Of a stretch of 64,000 bases of DNA, positions 12,278-25,010 are shown one piece after another (positions within the stretch are counted from its first letter, which is position 1; every line of letters starts with the position of its first letter). Source of the stretch: Kondoa subrosea (Eukaryota). The DNA is taken from positions 1-64,000 of the forward strand of contig BCIN01000001.1 of the NCBI GenBank assembly GCA_039545335.1. The letters run 5' to 3'. The notes below the pieces were generated by a model. It was given only the letters and a program-made list of their open reading frames with translations, ran no database searches and was not told the origin of the DNA. Both the position numbers and the translations under genes were made by a program.

Positions 12278-15152
12278 TTAAAGGAGTTGTTTGACTGCAA
12301 GCAGATCTTCCAGCCGCTGCTTATCAGCGACAATCTGTTGATCAAGCCAAACATGCGTCCGCGATCGTAGATTGCCAGAATCGCTGGACAGTGACGAAAA
12401 ATCTGAAGCTTCTGCCGCCTTCCGCTCTTCTTGAGCAACAATGTGCATTAGAGCTGCATGCAAGATTTCCGCTTGACAGAGCATTGGCTCGGCTTCCATA
12501 GTCACTGCACGTCAATTATTTAGCGCACAATAGGCCAAGACCCTCAAAGAACATACTGGATAGCTCGTTGACGTATTTGAGCACTTCATCGAAAGATTGC
12601 AAGTAGCGCATTATGACTTCTCGATGGGACTGAAGAATTGCCAAAGCGATGAATAGGTGAAAGGCGGGTCCACAGACGTTAGTCAGCATGTTCTCCCATA
12701 TCTTGAAGATTTCCTCAAGTGGAAATTCGCGCTGCATACCAGATCAGTAATGGCTGATTTGGAAGCTGGTCATTACCTTGAATGATATGAGAATCCATCG
12801 GAAGCAAAAGAAGAGGTTCATAGACTCGGTTCGCTCAAGGAAGGCGTAGAGGCTCGGATCCATGACTGTAAGCTCTGAATGAGATACTAGACATCGTACT
12901 ATGTGCTACTTCATACCTGCTATCAGTTTTTGGAGCTGAGTCAATTGTGACTTCATTCCACTTTGATCGCGTAAGAAGTTTTGTTTCTGTTGCATGCATT
13001 CAATTGTACTGGCATGCAAGTTTTAAACACATTACTCACCATTCTTTCCATCAGTGACACAAAGCACCAGAAAGTCATCGGTGCTTCGCCATCCATGCAG
13101 ATATACAAGGGCGAGCACAAATCACTCATTCCTTGTACATAGCCTTGAGATAGCAGATGAGTACATACTATGCCACTATTACATGGATGGGCTCACCCAA
13201 TTCAGTTTCGTAAGCATTGTATGTAAGCAGAATCTCTTGTAATCTTCGAACATGCAAGTTGGAGGCCGGCTGGCCGCCTCTATAATCAGCTCGCGGTAGA
13301 GCGTTGACATCAGCTGTAAGACCACTGATTTCCTCTTCGTCCGGAGGAGCGCTAAATAAAGGCTGGTTTCGATCTGTATAGGCTTTTCAGCGGTTCATCG
13401 TATTGAAAAGAAGCGTTTGACTTACCTGTTCGACGACAGTCAATCTCTGAATGACCGACAGAAGATAATCAGTGACCTTTTGGAATCTTATAGAAAGCTT
13501 CCCGACCGATACGATGACATTCCTCAATGAAGGCTTCTGTTGTGGTAACATCTGGTTTCCCGTACCAAGTCGACTTCAGCCTTTCGTACTCTTTCTCCTT
13601 AGCCAGTAATATTGAAGCTCTCTCAGCTGATGTCGATGTCCAAGGGAAAATGTTGAGTAAGAACGGCCAAGCTGATTTTCTCGCGTCCATATTCAAGCCT
13701 CGTTGGAATATTCGCTTGCGAGCTTCGCTTTCGGACAAAAGCAATTTACCATCGGAAGCCGCAAACCAAGCGTCCCACTCAGTCTTGACGATTGGTTGAC
13801 CAACAGCTCTGGTTGTTCTAGGTCGAGAGATAGTATAGGTTGTGGCCAAGACTTCGAAAGCACCCAAAGCGCTTGCTTCTTCTCCATCTTTACTTGCGCC
13901 GACTTCTTCTCTTCTGACCCGTTCGCCCTCTTCAGCTACTATTCTAGCCCACTTGGCGAGATAGACATGCGCAGCATTGTAGTCGGCACTGTTGATAGGC
14001 AAATGAGCAAATCGAAGTCAACACTGTAACAGGATCTGGCTTACAGGCCGGCATTTTGCTCCCATCTTGCGAATTCAGGATTGCGGGCTTCGGCTAGAGA
14101 TGCAATAGGAGGCGGCAGATGAGGTAAAATCGGTTTAGCGAGATCGTGAGAGAGAAGAGGTTTAGCAATATTCTGAGCTGTTGTTCGAGCTTGTCTGGTA
14201 ATCTTCGAGAAAGCGTTTAGGACAGAGAAAGTCAGCTGATCCATTGGAGCGTTGTCTTGCTGTTGTGTTCGCGAGCGGGAAGTAGAAGGTAAAGATTCGT
14301 GCAAAATCGAAGTCCGCTTCTTGTTCCTTGCTGAAGCTGGAACAGGATCGTCTAAATCGTCAAAGAGGGGAGTGGAGTGAACCTGGACGCAAGTCATGGT
14401 TTGAGACTAAGGGCAAAGCATAATAAATCAACAGACACGTAGCTTACCTCTAGATCCGCTCGCGAAGGATTACAAAGATACAAGGCTGGTTCGAGAGTTG
14501 ACCGGACTAAATTGGCGTATGAACGAACGCGAGAAAGCAAATCTTCTCCTCCCCAGCTTGATGGTAAGCGCCCTCCCGTTGCTGAAAGCCTCGATTGCGC
14601 ACCAGATCTTGCATCTCTTGCAAAGACAGTTGAAGCAGACTCATCGTCATGGAAGTACAGAGGAGAAAGAGTGCTGCCTCCAAACAGAGCAATGATGATA
14701 CTGCCATACCAAGATGAAAGCGTTGGTACAGTCACCTGGAAACTGTAGATGGACGATATTGGCACAGCAAAAGCATGATTGATGCCTTCTCGTGCGGGAG
14801 CATGGGTGAGAAAGACATCTTCTTCGTCTTCTGTTGTGGACAGCTGTCCAGCGTTGTATTCAACTTGTACATATTTGTCGCGCTCTTCATGTGCAAGTAT
14901 TGATTCAGGAATCCAGCATAGCAAGAAAGTAGAAGGAACTCTTTCAATGATACAGACAAAGCCTGGCCTGTTGTCCCTTGATTGCGAAGTAGGATGGATA
15001 TAGACCTTGCTCTTGGAATAGATGAGCTTGCAGGACTGTTGATCATGGTCAGCTGCTTTCGAATGCTTTGCAGAGGAACACACCTTGTCAATGGTAGGTG
15101 TCGTATTCAACGATACATCTACGACAGAGCCAGACTGAGATAGCCCCGACAT
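12278..15152 (-). CDS. GYP7: Rab GTPase-activating protein, TBC domain (Gyp7/TBC1D15)
   Basis: LIYSKSKVYIHPT..DNRPGF, ARKSAWPFLL, RTDRNQPLF, YVQGMSDL, FFCFRWILISFK|REF. Confidence 0.92.
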
Positions 15153-15599
15153 ATGAGCTCAATGGATGGGAGCAGTAGTGTTGCAAGCGAGACTCACGGA
15201 AGTTGTGGAGATGGATTCCACTGAGGCTCCACCCATGCTTACTTGCTCGTTGTTTCCGGCACTATTCTTTGTCCTGTAGCTGGTTGAGGAGCGAGAGTCA
15301 TCATCGCCTCGGAATTACACTGCTGGCTGATCTTTCACAGAACATTTCACAGATTTGCCTTTGGTCTCAGCCGATTTCTTGTTTTCTTGCAACCTTTGCC
15401 TTCTGTCTTCATTTTCTCAGCGCCTAAAGACTCATCGCCCGCATTCAGAGTAGTCAGTCACTCCTTTAAAGCACTCAGCAGGCCAAAAGGAACTTCGAAT
15501 CTTTGCAAAAACGCGACATTGCTCGCCCTTCTCAACGGCTTTACTCAATCGGATCCTTTGCTACCTCTATTTCCTACCCAGTCTACCAGTCAGCTCAAG

Positions 15600-16606
15600 A
15601 TGAGGACATCAAGGCAAACCATCGCTTCTTTATCACTCCTGTTGCTTTGTCCTGCTGCAATTCTAGCCCAGCACGATTTCACGACGGACAATGTTTCAAG
15701 CATAGCAGGTACTTGGTCATCAGGTTCAGGAGCAGTTGAAACTGGTCCAGTCAGTCTAAGACGCCGTGGTGGTCTCTATGTTAGCTAATATCGCGGCGCT
15801 TTGTCCCTCTATTACAGAACTTTGCCAATCCTGTCAACTTCACCTTCAACGTACCTACAACAACAGGTATCTCCTTTTCTTTCACCGACGATGGTTATTT
15901 CGAAGAAGCTCGCTACCAATTCAACTCGAATGGTATGTTACATTCCTTTGGTTTGGCTTCACTGTATTGACCGCTTAATGAACAGGCACTGAACCTCATT
16001 GCATTCAAGCATACATGATCTTCCAGCACGGAACTTATACCTTCAATCCAAACGGCGTAAGTTGCTGTTCCTGATCTGTGATGCAGCATCTGACTGTTGG
16101 CTTTTCAGTCCATTTCTACTCAGCCGATAGCAGCAGACGGAAGGATTCAAGTGCAGGATCCTTGTGCATATACAACAACGGTCATGACTTACTACAACGA
16201 ACCAGGGTATGCCGTCTCTATTTTGTGATCCGTGGATACGGTCTCACTTGTATCTTTAGCCTTTATCAAAACTGGGCGATCTTGAACGACTACAACCATG
16301 GTCAACTCAAGCTTCAGCTATACCAATTTGACGGAGCGCCATTGTCTCCCATGTTCTTGAAGTATGATCCACCTGCAATGTGGCCAAGTGAGCAACCCCA
16401 TGCCAAACTCGGTGTCCATGACTAATTTTGCGGCCGGTTTACCCACAGCCATTCAACTTACCACCAACGAATCGCTCCAAGCGAATGCTAAGCTGAACGG
16501 TCAAAATCTCTCAGCTGCATCGCCGGTGATCTCATTCTCGCCTTCTCTTCTGGCCGTACTGAGTGGATCAATGATGGTAGCGGCATTTGTATTTGGAAGG
16601 ATATAG
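15600..16606 (+). CDS. ROT1: ER protein-folding chaperone Rot1
   Basis: Signal peptide, GTWSSGSGAVETGP, GISFSFTDDGYFEEARY, PHC..FQHGTY, DGRIQVQDPC, LYQFDGAPL.PMFL..PP.MWP, C-terminal TM. Confidence 0.93.
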
Positions 16607-16848
16607 GTCAAAGAAGAAAGGATCAAGAGGAAAACGGGCTGGATCATCGTTCGACTTTAATCTTATTCGGCGCATATGGACATTGCTTCATTGTTAATTT
16701 CGCATCGAAGATATATCTTCTCTCAATACTTGTACTGCTAGAGGATAAGCTTTCGTGCTTGTGAATATTACATCATATTACATTTACTTCCAGAGACAAT
16801 ATGCTCGTGCTCTATCAGTCTATGGACAGGAGTAGAAAGCCGATCTAT

Positions 16849-18443
16849 CTATTCAACAAGGAGCCAGTCCTTTGTGATGTAGTTTCGAATGCTAAAAACC
16901 ACTTCAGCTATCGTGTAATAAAGGAGATCAATGAAACTCACGAGTCGGGTAAGATAAAGACCACATTCATTCCCTCAGTCTGCGCGATCCGTTGACCTTC
17001 TTCTGTCTCTTTCAAAAAGCGTAGACCAGCGTGGACTGCTGTTCCGCTGCTTCCTCCGCAAAGCAAACCTTCTGTTCTGATCAGTCTTCTGGTCATTGCA
17101 AACGATTCGTCATCTCTTGACTTGGTCCAGTGCGTGATAACATCATGCTTCAGTACATCTGGAACGAAGTCGTACCTGTAACGAAACGTGAGCATGTGCA
17201 GGGCTGTGTCGAGAGAGACAAACCCGATGCCTTCGACTTTATAGATCGTACTGTCTCCTTCTTTTAGGTTGTTGAGTGTTTCAGGTCTTGCTAGGATACT
17301 TCCGACAGGATCAACACCAAGTACGATAGCAGATGGATTGTGCTCGCGAATACGTTTGCCTGTGCCAGTGATCGTTCCGCCTGTGCCGGTACCAGAAACG
17401 AGCTACAGTATTTTTAGACAAGATCACTGGGAGCTGCTGAAATGACTAACCATGTCCACAGCTCCTGAGCTTGGTCGATGAGCAGAATGACCGTTGATCC
17501 CGTTTGTGTGACCATTGACTCCATTCGTATAGCCGTTCAATCCGTTCACGTGTCCATTAGCCTTCGATGTAGATGCTATTGATTCGATGATTTCCACGGC
17601 CGTTGTTTCGTAATGTGCCATTGGATCTGACAGATGTATGTGAACAAAGATTACAAAGAAAGTCGCCTTGACGCTCACTGTTTTCATTGATATATTGACT
17701 TGCGGGATAATTAGCAGAGCACACATGTCATGATATCGCGATCTCACTCTAGTATAATACCTCCTGGTGTTTCTTTCTCCAGCCTGCGTGCAACTCCTGG
17801 AGTAATACTTTAGCGAAATATTTGGAGAAGTAGCACAGCCGGCGGACCTATATGCGACTCTGGACTATCGTATGAGGCTTCTGTCGGTGTTCGAATGATT
17901 TCGGCACCTAAATCAAGGATCAGAAAATGTATCACCGATGTGACACAAACCCAGACAGACCTAGAGCAGCAATCGTCGTGGCCTTCTCTTTCGACATCTT
18001 CTCAGGCATCACAATGATACATCTGTAACCCAGAACGGCACAAGCTAAAGCGAGACCAACACCTGCCTCATAGATTAGATGACTTCACGATCCAATCGAT
18101 AGTACTAACCAGTATTCCCACTAGCTGTATGTACAGTAAGTAGGAGCAATGCAAGCCCATATGAGACTTACTAGGCTCTATAACAACGCTGTGACCCTTG
18201 ACTAATCGACCTTCGCGTTCAGCAGCTAGCATCATTCGTTTCCTGCTCATTGTTAAGCAAAATTTCATTGCAACGGACCCTCTTGACTTACGCTATCCTA
18301 TCCTTGACTGATCCGCCTGCGTTGAAGTATTCGCACTTCGCATAGAGGTTGCATCGAATTCCTTCTTCAGCAGCGAGTCGGTCCAGTCTGACCAGAGGAG
18401 TCTCCCCAATAGCATCCAATACACTGTCTAGAGGTGCAGGCAT
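16849..18443 (-). CDS. CYS4: Cystathionine beta-synthase, catalytic core only (no C-terminal CBS/Bateman pair)
   Basis: [25 protein letters not shown] (PLP lysine), [53 protein letters not shown]. It ends [16 protein letters not shown]. Confidence 0.88.
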
Positions 18444-18965
18444 GTTTGCAATGAAAGTAGCGCGTAGATTGTACTGTTCGAAGAAGGAACGCGGGGTCGT
18501 TTCAAGTCTTATTCTTCAATGAGGACGAGCTCGAATGGAAGAGATCAGTTCGAGAGATAGAGGAAAACAGCAAAGGGAACAGGAGAGTCGGTTCAAGAGG
18601 AGAGAAGAAGAATCAAAACGCAAAAACAGAAAGGGAAGGGATGCCGCAATCTTTGAAAGTGTATCGCGCCATTGCTCAGACGGGAGATGGGAACAGCACA
18701 AGTCACAGGACATCGGTATCATTGAGTTAGTATGCTGCTATTGAGCTGCTTCAGCTAAACCTGATAGTACGAGCTATTACGTAAGCAGCGGCATCATAAG
18801 AGATCATCTGTCTGGCACACGCTCGTATGTGTTTCCTAGAGGAATGTTTATTGTAGGTTTCAGGAAGCCACAGTGGTAGAAATATGACTCGTACACAAGC
18901 ATATTGCCATTATGACAATCTCAGCGTCTGCTTATAGACGTACTGCTCTGATAATTTGAAGTGCT

Positions 18966-20151
18966 TTACCTAGCAGGCAAGTTCGAGCCAAGCTGCGAAT
19001 CAAGGTATTGCCAAACTGTTCTCCTTGCTCTCGCAGCTACATCGTTCTCTTCCAGATCCCATACATGCTCTTGACCCTCGAGTATTTCCAGCTGATGTTT
19101 ATAGCCGTGTTCGCGAAGCCACTGGCTGATCTTCTCGCTTTCGCTCGCTGGAACAGCTGAGTCTTCTCTTCCGTGAATGAGCAGAAGAGGTGGATACGCG
19201 CTACCTTTGGCAAGGGCATACTGAGGGAAAAGATAGTGCAATTCAGGGTGATTAGACACCTCTTGCGATGACTTAATACCAAAGATCGTGCGATAATCTG
19301 AAGTTATAGATCAGTCTGGTTTGCAGTCAGATCGAGTGAGATTGTACATAGTCCTTTCCAGATCAGATACGAGTAGGAATTACTTTCCGCCTTGTCTGGA
19401 TTGAAGGGTCGTCCGCCAACTTGAGGGTGTTTCCGTTTTCCGTCAAAGTATCGCACGTTTTGCTCTTCAAATTGCTTATTGTTGTCTAGCCGCACGCCCA
19501 TAATGATTGTGTCGTCGGAGTGAGCGCGAGCGAAGAGTTCATCATTTGTGAAAGTGTAGCCGCTGGAGAAAACACTTCAGCAACAAGAGAACTCGTGAGA
19601 TGGAGCACACACTACATAGAAAGCAAGGCTTTGGGTTGCGGGACCAGGAGATGACCGCTCTGCAGTGCAAGATAAGCGCCCGCTGATCCGCCAGAAAGGA
19701 CGACTTGGTCCAAATTAACAGTCGTGAGTTTCCTTTCAGAGAGCTCCTTGTTCAACCCAGTACGTATGCTATTGGCGGTTTTATTAGCCTATTGCAATGA
19801 GAGACAGAGGATGACTTACTATGCCCAAAGATCTTGCACATCCTGCATAGTCTCGTGAATCCTAGCCTCGGGGAGGAGTCTGTAGTCGGCAGAGATAAAT
19901 GTCCAACCCCGCTTGTCGCATCCCGCAATAAGCCATTCTGGAACACAAGTCTTGCGGTCTCCATAGGTTAGAGATCCAATGTGAAAGAACACAATGCAAG
20001 GTTTTGCTTGTTCTTGTAAAGCAGAAGGACTGTATACGTCCAGCTGCAATTGTAAACCTTCTGGAAACGATTTGTAGCTCAAGGTAGCTGTTGACGTCAT
20101 CTGTAGACTATCAGTGAGTGCAGATCAGATGTTATGCTAGTGACTCACCAT
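18966..20151 (-). CDS. Alpha/beta hydrolase (esterase/lipase-like)
   Basis: LDVYSP, FFHIGSL, DYRLLPE, nucleophile elbow GGSAGAYL, LLIHGREDSAVP, GQEHVWD. An ATG-only first exon at 20149-20151 precedes an intron. Confidence 0.85.
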
Positions 20152-20797
20152 CGCGGACCAGGAGAGAGCAGTGGAATTTCACTCACGTGAAGCGGGATGA
20201 GTAATGGAGGTAAACAAAACCGGCAAAGAGCCGCTGGAGCAATGCCTTGTAGAGCAAGACCCGAGGCTAGTAGATAAAGTGAATGACAAGGAAGATCAGA
20301 TTGTGAGTCGAGGTGAAGCAGCAGCATAGCATTTGGACGACTACTACATACTCGACGCAGGATCCAGTCTGCTATGCAGCTAGATACTATGAGCAAAGGA
20401 AAGAGAAAGCGCTACCTAGCACCGAGTCATCTGCTCCTTGTCATTGCCTTGTTAACGTAGAAATCAAATCTTCGATCAGGCTACGGACTTGCAAACGGAA
20501 GAAGACAGAATTCGCTCCACAAAGCAGCAATGTGGTAGATCATTGATCATCACAGAGCCTGTGTGACAGATCATATATGGAGAAGACAGGTAATGAATCC
20601 GACAAATAGATTTACGAAGGAGGCTGAAAGTGCTAAGAGCGATGCTTTCAGTTCCACGAGGTCCGATCCTGCGGGTCAAGAAGACAAAAGCTGTATATCT
20701 GCACTTGTGCAATTCGGCCCTTTGACGATTTTCGAGTCTTGGATTCCATGACCTCTTTTCCCAAACGATACCTTGTCACTTGTAATTCATAGACAAG

Positions 20798-21765
20798 ATG
20801 AGACCTGCAACATATGCATATTCACAGAGAAGTGGTATAGACGGGCAAGCTCTCTTGGTGGATTCGGGAATCAACAGACTGATGAGATTAGGAATCTTTG
20901 AACAGCCAGAGTTTGGCCGGAGGCAAGGCTGCAAAGGGCAATATCAAGCATACTCGCGTTCGAGCTACACCAGGTCAGCGAATCGCTTGTCCTGTCCAAG
21001 CCAGAAACTCATCTCCTTTGCGCAGATACTGTTTGTCAAAAGTGCCAGCGTAAGCCCTATTGTTTAAGTAAAAGGCAATGTAAAAGCAATAAGCTGACCG
21101 GGCTTGCTTCATCTCATCCCACTCTTCTGTTCAATGCGCTGTTCTGATCCTATTTCGCTTCAATTCTAAATCTCGCTCTCTCTTACTCTATGAACTTCGG
21201 ATCGCCTCATCTGCTATCTGTAGAGACCGGCCACTATCTCTTTGGCAAGAATCCTTCCTCCCCTTGCGACAGCACAATTTGACGTTGACAATAGAATGTA
21301 CAAACGAAAGAGTATACAAGCCTCGACCTACTCGAACGCAACAACTGCTCAATCCAAAGAAGGCACCAAAGCTCATTGAATCGTCTGAAAGTACCGCTGG
21401 CCCGTCAAAGTATGTTCTTAAAGAACAGCTCTTACTTGTCTGACATTTCAATAGGGAAGGCACCGCTGCTAGTATCTTGAAAGCCAATGAGAAGAAGCGT
21501 GCTGCCTCAAGGCGAGTCGTCCTTCGCTATCGCTTTGCCTGCTGAGTATTTTAGCAGATCATCCAGCTCTTCGTCTTCGTCGTCATCATCCAGCTCAAGT
21601 TCCGAATCTGAGGAAGGTGACAAGGGCAAAGGCAAACAACGAGAGAAGAAGCGTACCAAACGTCGTTCTCGCTCGTCATCTGGTTCAGAATCTTCCGAAT
21701 CTGAAAAGAGTGAGCATCGAATCCCAACTCAAAGCAGAAAGGATCGTGGTCGAGATGAAGAGTAA
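20798..21765 (+). CDS. CCHC zinc-knuckle protein, ZCCHC10-like, with a Ser/Arg-rich tail
   Basis: Spliced translation ..RATPDTVCQKCQQTGHYLFECTNERVYKPRPTRTQQLLNPK.. followed by a poly-Ser/RS tail. Six introns, three with GC donors. Confidence 0.8.
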
Positions 21766-21947
21766 TCTGGTAGTGAAGTCACCCTACACATTGTACATCA
21801 GTGCATCGTATATCCATATAGTTCATGTCATGCGTCCCGGCTAAATCTTATCTAAGCCGCTCGACCGCCCAACAACTCAATTTTGCTCTCTTCTCGTCAC
21901 AAGCAGTCCCAGACGGATTGTCACAACCTCTCCAATCGATACCAACC

Positions 21948-24753
21948 ATGTCACGCATACTGCGATCAGGCAGCAGGCTAAGGACTGCTCTGCCTTCGAC
22001 CGTTGCGGTGACAGCTGGATCTGCTTTGGCGTTATATTACTATCAACGCAGTCAGAATGCTTTGGCAGCTGATGCAGAACTCAAAGAGGTCACTACTGAG
22101 GCTGTCTCCACTTTGTGGTCTCCTCCATCAAGGACAGAAATGATTGAAGCTTTGAAAAAATCAAAGTCGATGCCTCGAGCCAAATCTGACATTTCGACTG
22201 CTCGCTATTCCGCTATCGCTGATGATGCAACGAGCGCTCAGACTGGCGATTCAGATGAGTACGATCTGTTGATCATTGGTGGCGGAGCAACTGGTGCAGG
22301 TGTTGCTTTGGATGCTGCTTCTCGTGGTCTCAAGGTCGCTATTGTTGAAAGAAACGATTGGGCTTCTGGAACATCATCAAAATCTACCAAACTTGTTCAT
22401 GGCGGTGTGAGATATTTGCAAAAGGCAATCATGGAGTTGGATTACGAGCAGTTAGTTGCTTCCTAGATCTCCGCTGAGGTCAAGCTTAGGTCTGTTTTCT
22501 AGATGGAAGCTGGTCAAAGAAGCTCTCCATGAACGCAAGACCTTCCTTCACATTGCCCCGCATCTTTCCCATCATCTGCCAATCATGCTTCCAGTCTACA
22601 CCTGGTGGAAGCTTCCTTACTACTGGGTTGGTACAAAGATGTACGATGTTCTGGCTGGCAAAGAAAACATGGAATCCTCCTACTTAATGAGCAAAGGCAA
22701 ATCGCTTGAACAATTTCCCATGTTGAAGTCAGAAGGTTTGGTCGGTTCTTTGGTCTACTATGATGGTCAACATAACGACGCAAGAATGAACATTTCGCTC
22801 GTCATGACTGCTGTTCACCATGGTGCTGTCGCTGCAAACTATGTCGAAGTCACTTCAATCAACAAGTCGAAAGATGCTAATGGTAAAGAACGATGCTCTG
22901 GAGCTGTATTGAAAGACAACAGCACTGGCGAGACTTTCACTGTCAAGGCAAAGGTTTGTCTTACTTGGAATCGACCGCCTGCAATTAAGCTCATATGTTC
23001 GCTAGGGTATCATCAACGCAACTGGTCCTTTCACTGACGGAGTCCGCAAACTCGACGACCCAACAACTCCTGATATTGTGGCTCCTTCTTCCGGTGTCCA
23101 TATTACTCTACCTAAATACTACTCTCCCGGTTCCATGGGTCTTCTCGATCCTGCAACTTCTGACGGTCGTGTCATCTTCTTCCTACCATGGCAAGGAACA
23201 GCAATCGCTGGTACTACTGACTCTCCTTCTGATGTTTCCCAAGATCCTGTACCAAAAGAAGATGAGATTCAATGGATTCTGGGCGAAGTCCGCAACTATC
23301 TGTCAAGCGATATCAAGGTCAGAAGAGGAGATGTACTTTCAGCATGGTCTGGTATTCGGCCTCTTGTGCGCAATCCCAAGGCCAAGAAGACTGAAGGACT
23401 TGTCAGAAATCACATTATCGACATATCTGAATCCGGTCTCCTGACAATCGCCGGTGGTAAATGGACAACATATAGAGCAATGGCTGCCGAAACAGTCGAT
23501 GCAGCTATCAAAGAATACAACTTGAAGCCTTCTGGACCTTGTGTGACTGAAAAGTTAAGGCTGTTGGGTTCACATGGCTGGCACAAGAACCTTTTCGTCA
23601 GCTTGATTCAACAGTTTGGTCTTGATACGGATGTAGCGCAGCACTTGAGCGAGAACTATGGTTCTTTGGCCTGGGCTGTATGCAGTAAGTGACGGCGCAC
23701 GAGATCTGCATAGCATTCACGTGACTTTCAGGTATGGCTGAGAAGACTGGCACGCGATTCCCTGTACACGGTGTTAGGATAGATCCTCAATACGCCTATA
23801 TTGAAGTAAGCCCGTCTGGTAAATCGCCATTGCCATCTAATTCATTTGACCAGGCTGAAGTCCGCTGGGGTTGCCGACGTGAACAAGCCGTTACTGCGAC
23901 AGACATCATTGCTCGCCGAACACGTATCAGTTTCTTGAACGCTCAAGCGGCTTTGGAAGCTCTTCCTCGCATTATTGAGATTATGACCTCAGAACTAGGC
24001 TGGAGCAAGGCAAAGCAGGAGCAAGAATTTAAGGATGCTCAAGAACACCTCAAGAGCATGGGTCTACCTGAAGCTCAACGAAGCCTGACTTTCGCTCAAG
24101 TCAAGGCCGGCGAAGGCCGAACAACAGCTGAAGACAACCCATATACATCAAGAACCATCTTCACACCAGATGAACTTGATCGATTACAAAAGACTTGCAA
24201 GTCTGCTTATAATTCCTTGCGGGAGCTTTCAAGCTGACATATATTCTGCTTCTCAGTCGCTTCCATGGATAACGACCGAGACGGCAAGATCAACGAGTCA
24301 GATCTCACCGCAGCGATGAAGAAGGCTGGCTATACTGATATCAAGAAGGCTAGTTTTGCTATACTCTGATCTCTTGCGCGGATTACTGAAGGATCTCGTT
24401 GAACAGGAACAAATCCAGAGCATCATTCGCGATATCGATTCAGACAAGGACGGCAATATCGAAATGTCTGAATTCTTATCGGCTGCAGCAGGTCTCAAAG
24501 AGCTTCAGATCGCATCAGCTTTTACTCAAGTTGTGACTGATGTTCAGACTGCTGAGTTGAGAGGTTGGTCGAATCAGCTGAATCTCATTCAGCCGATGCT
24601 AAGAGATATGCATAGGTTACGGAAGAGATTCTGCCTCAGAGAAGAAGGAAGGCGTTCAAGGAAGGATTTCAGTTGAGCGCAGCGGAGGTGGAACGTTAGT
24701 CTTTTTCTTCCCATGTCTCTGTTTTAACAGCTCATACTGATCTATACAGCTAA
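21948..24753 (+). CDS. GUT2: Mitochondrial FAD-dependent glycerol-3-phosphate dehydrogenase with C-terminal EF-hands
   Basis: [60 protein letters not shown] loops [12 protein letters not shown] and [12 protein letters not shown]. It ends [11 protein letters not shown]. Confidence 0.95.
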
Positions 24754-25010
24754 TAAGTTAATGAACAAAGCAAAAGATGAAAGTTCGAATCAGGCGCATG
24801 TCATCGATTCTCGCTTCGAGGAAGCGTTCAGAATTGGCTGCACAAGTCGTATGTAATAGGAATAGTGTCTCTTTGCAATGCAATGCGTACATTTGTAAAT
24901 GCCGATTCTCACGCGACTTGAGTTGCGTTTATATGATCAACAATTCTTGACTTCATTTCACCAATTTTTCTGCGCCCCAAAGTCCAAGCGCTTTCGTAAA
25001 GCTATGCAAG

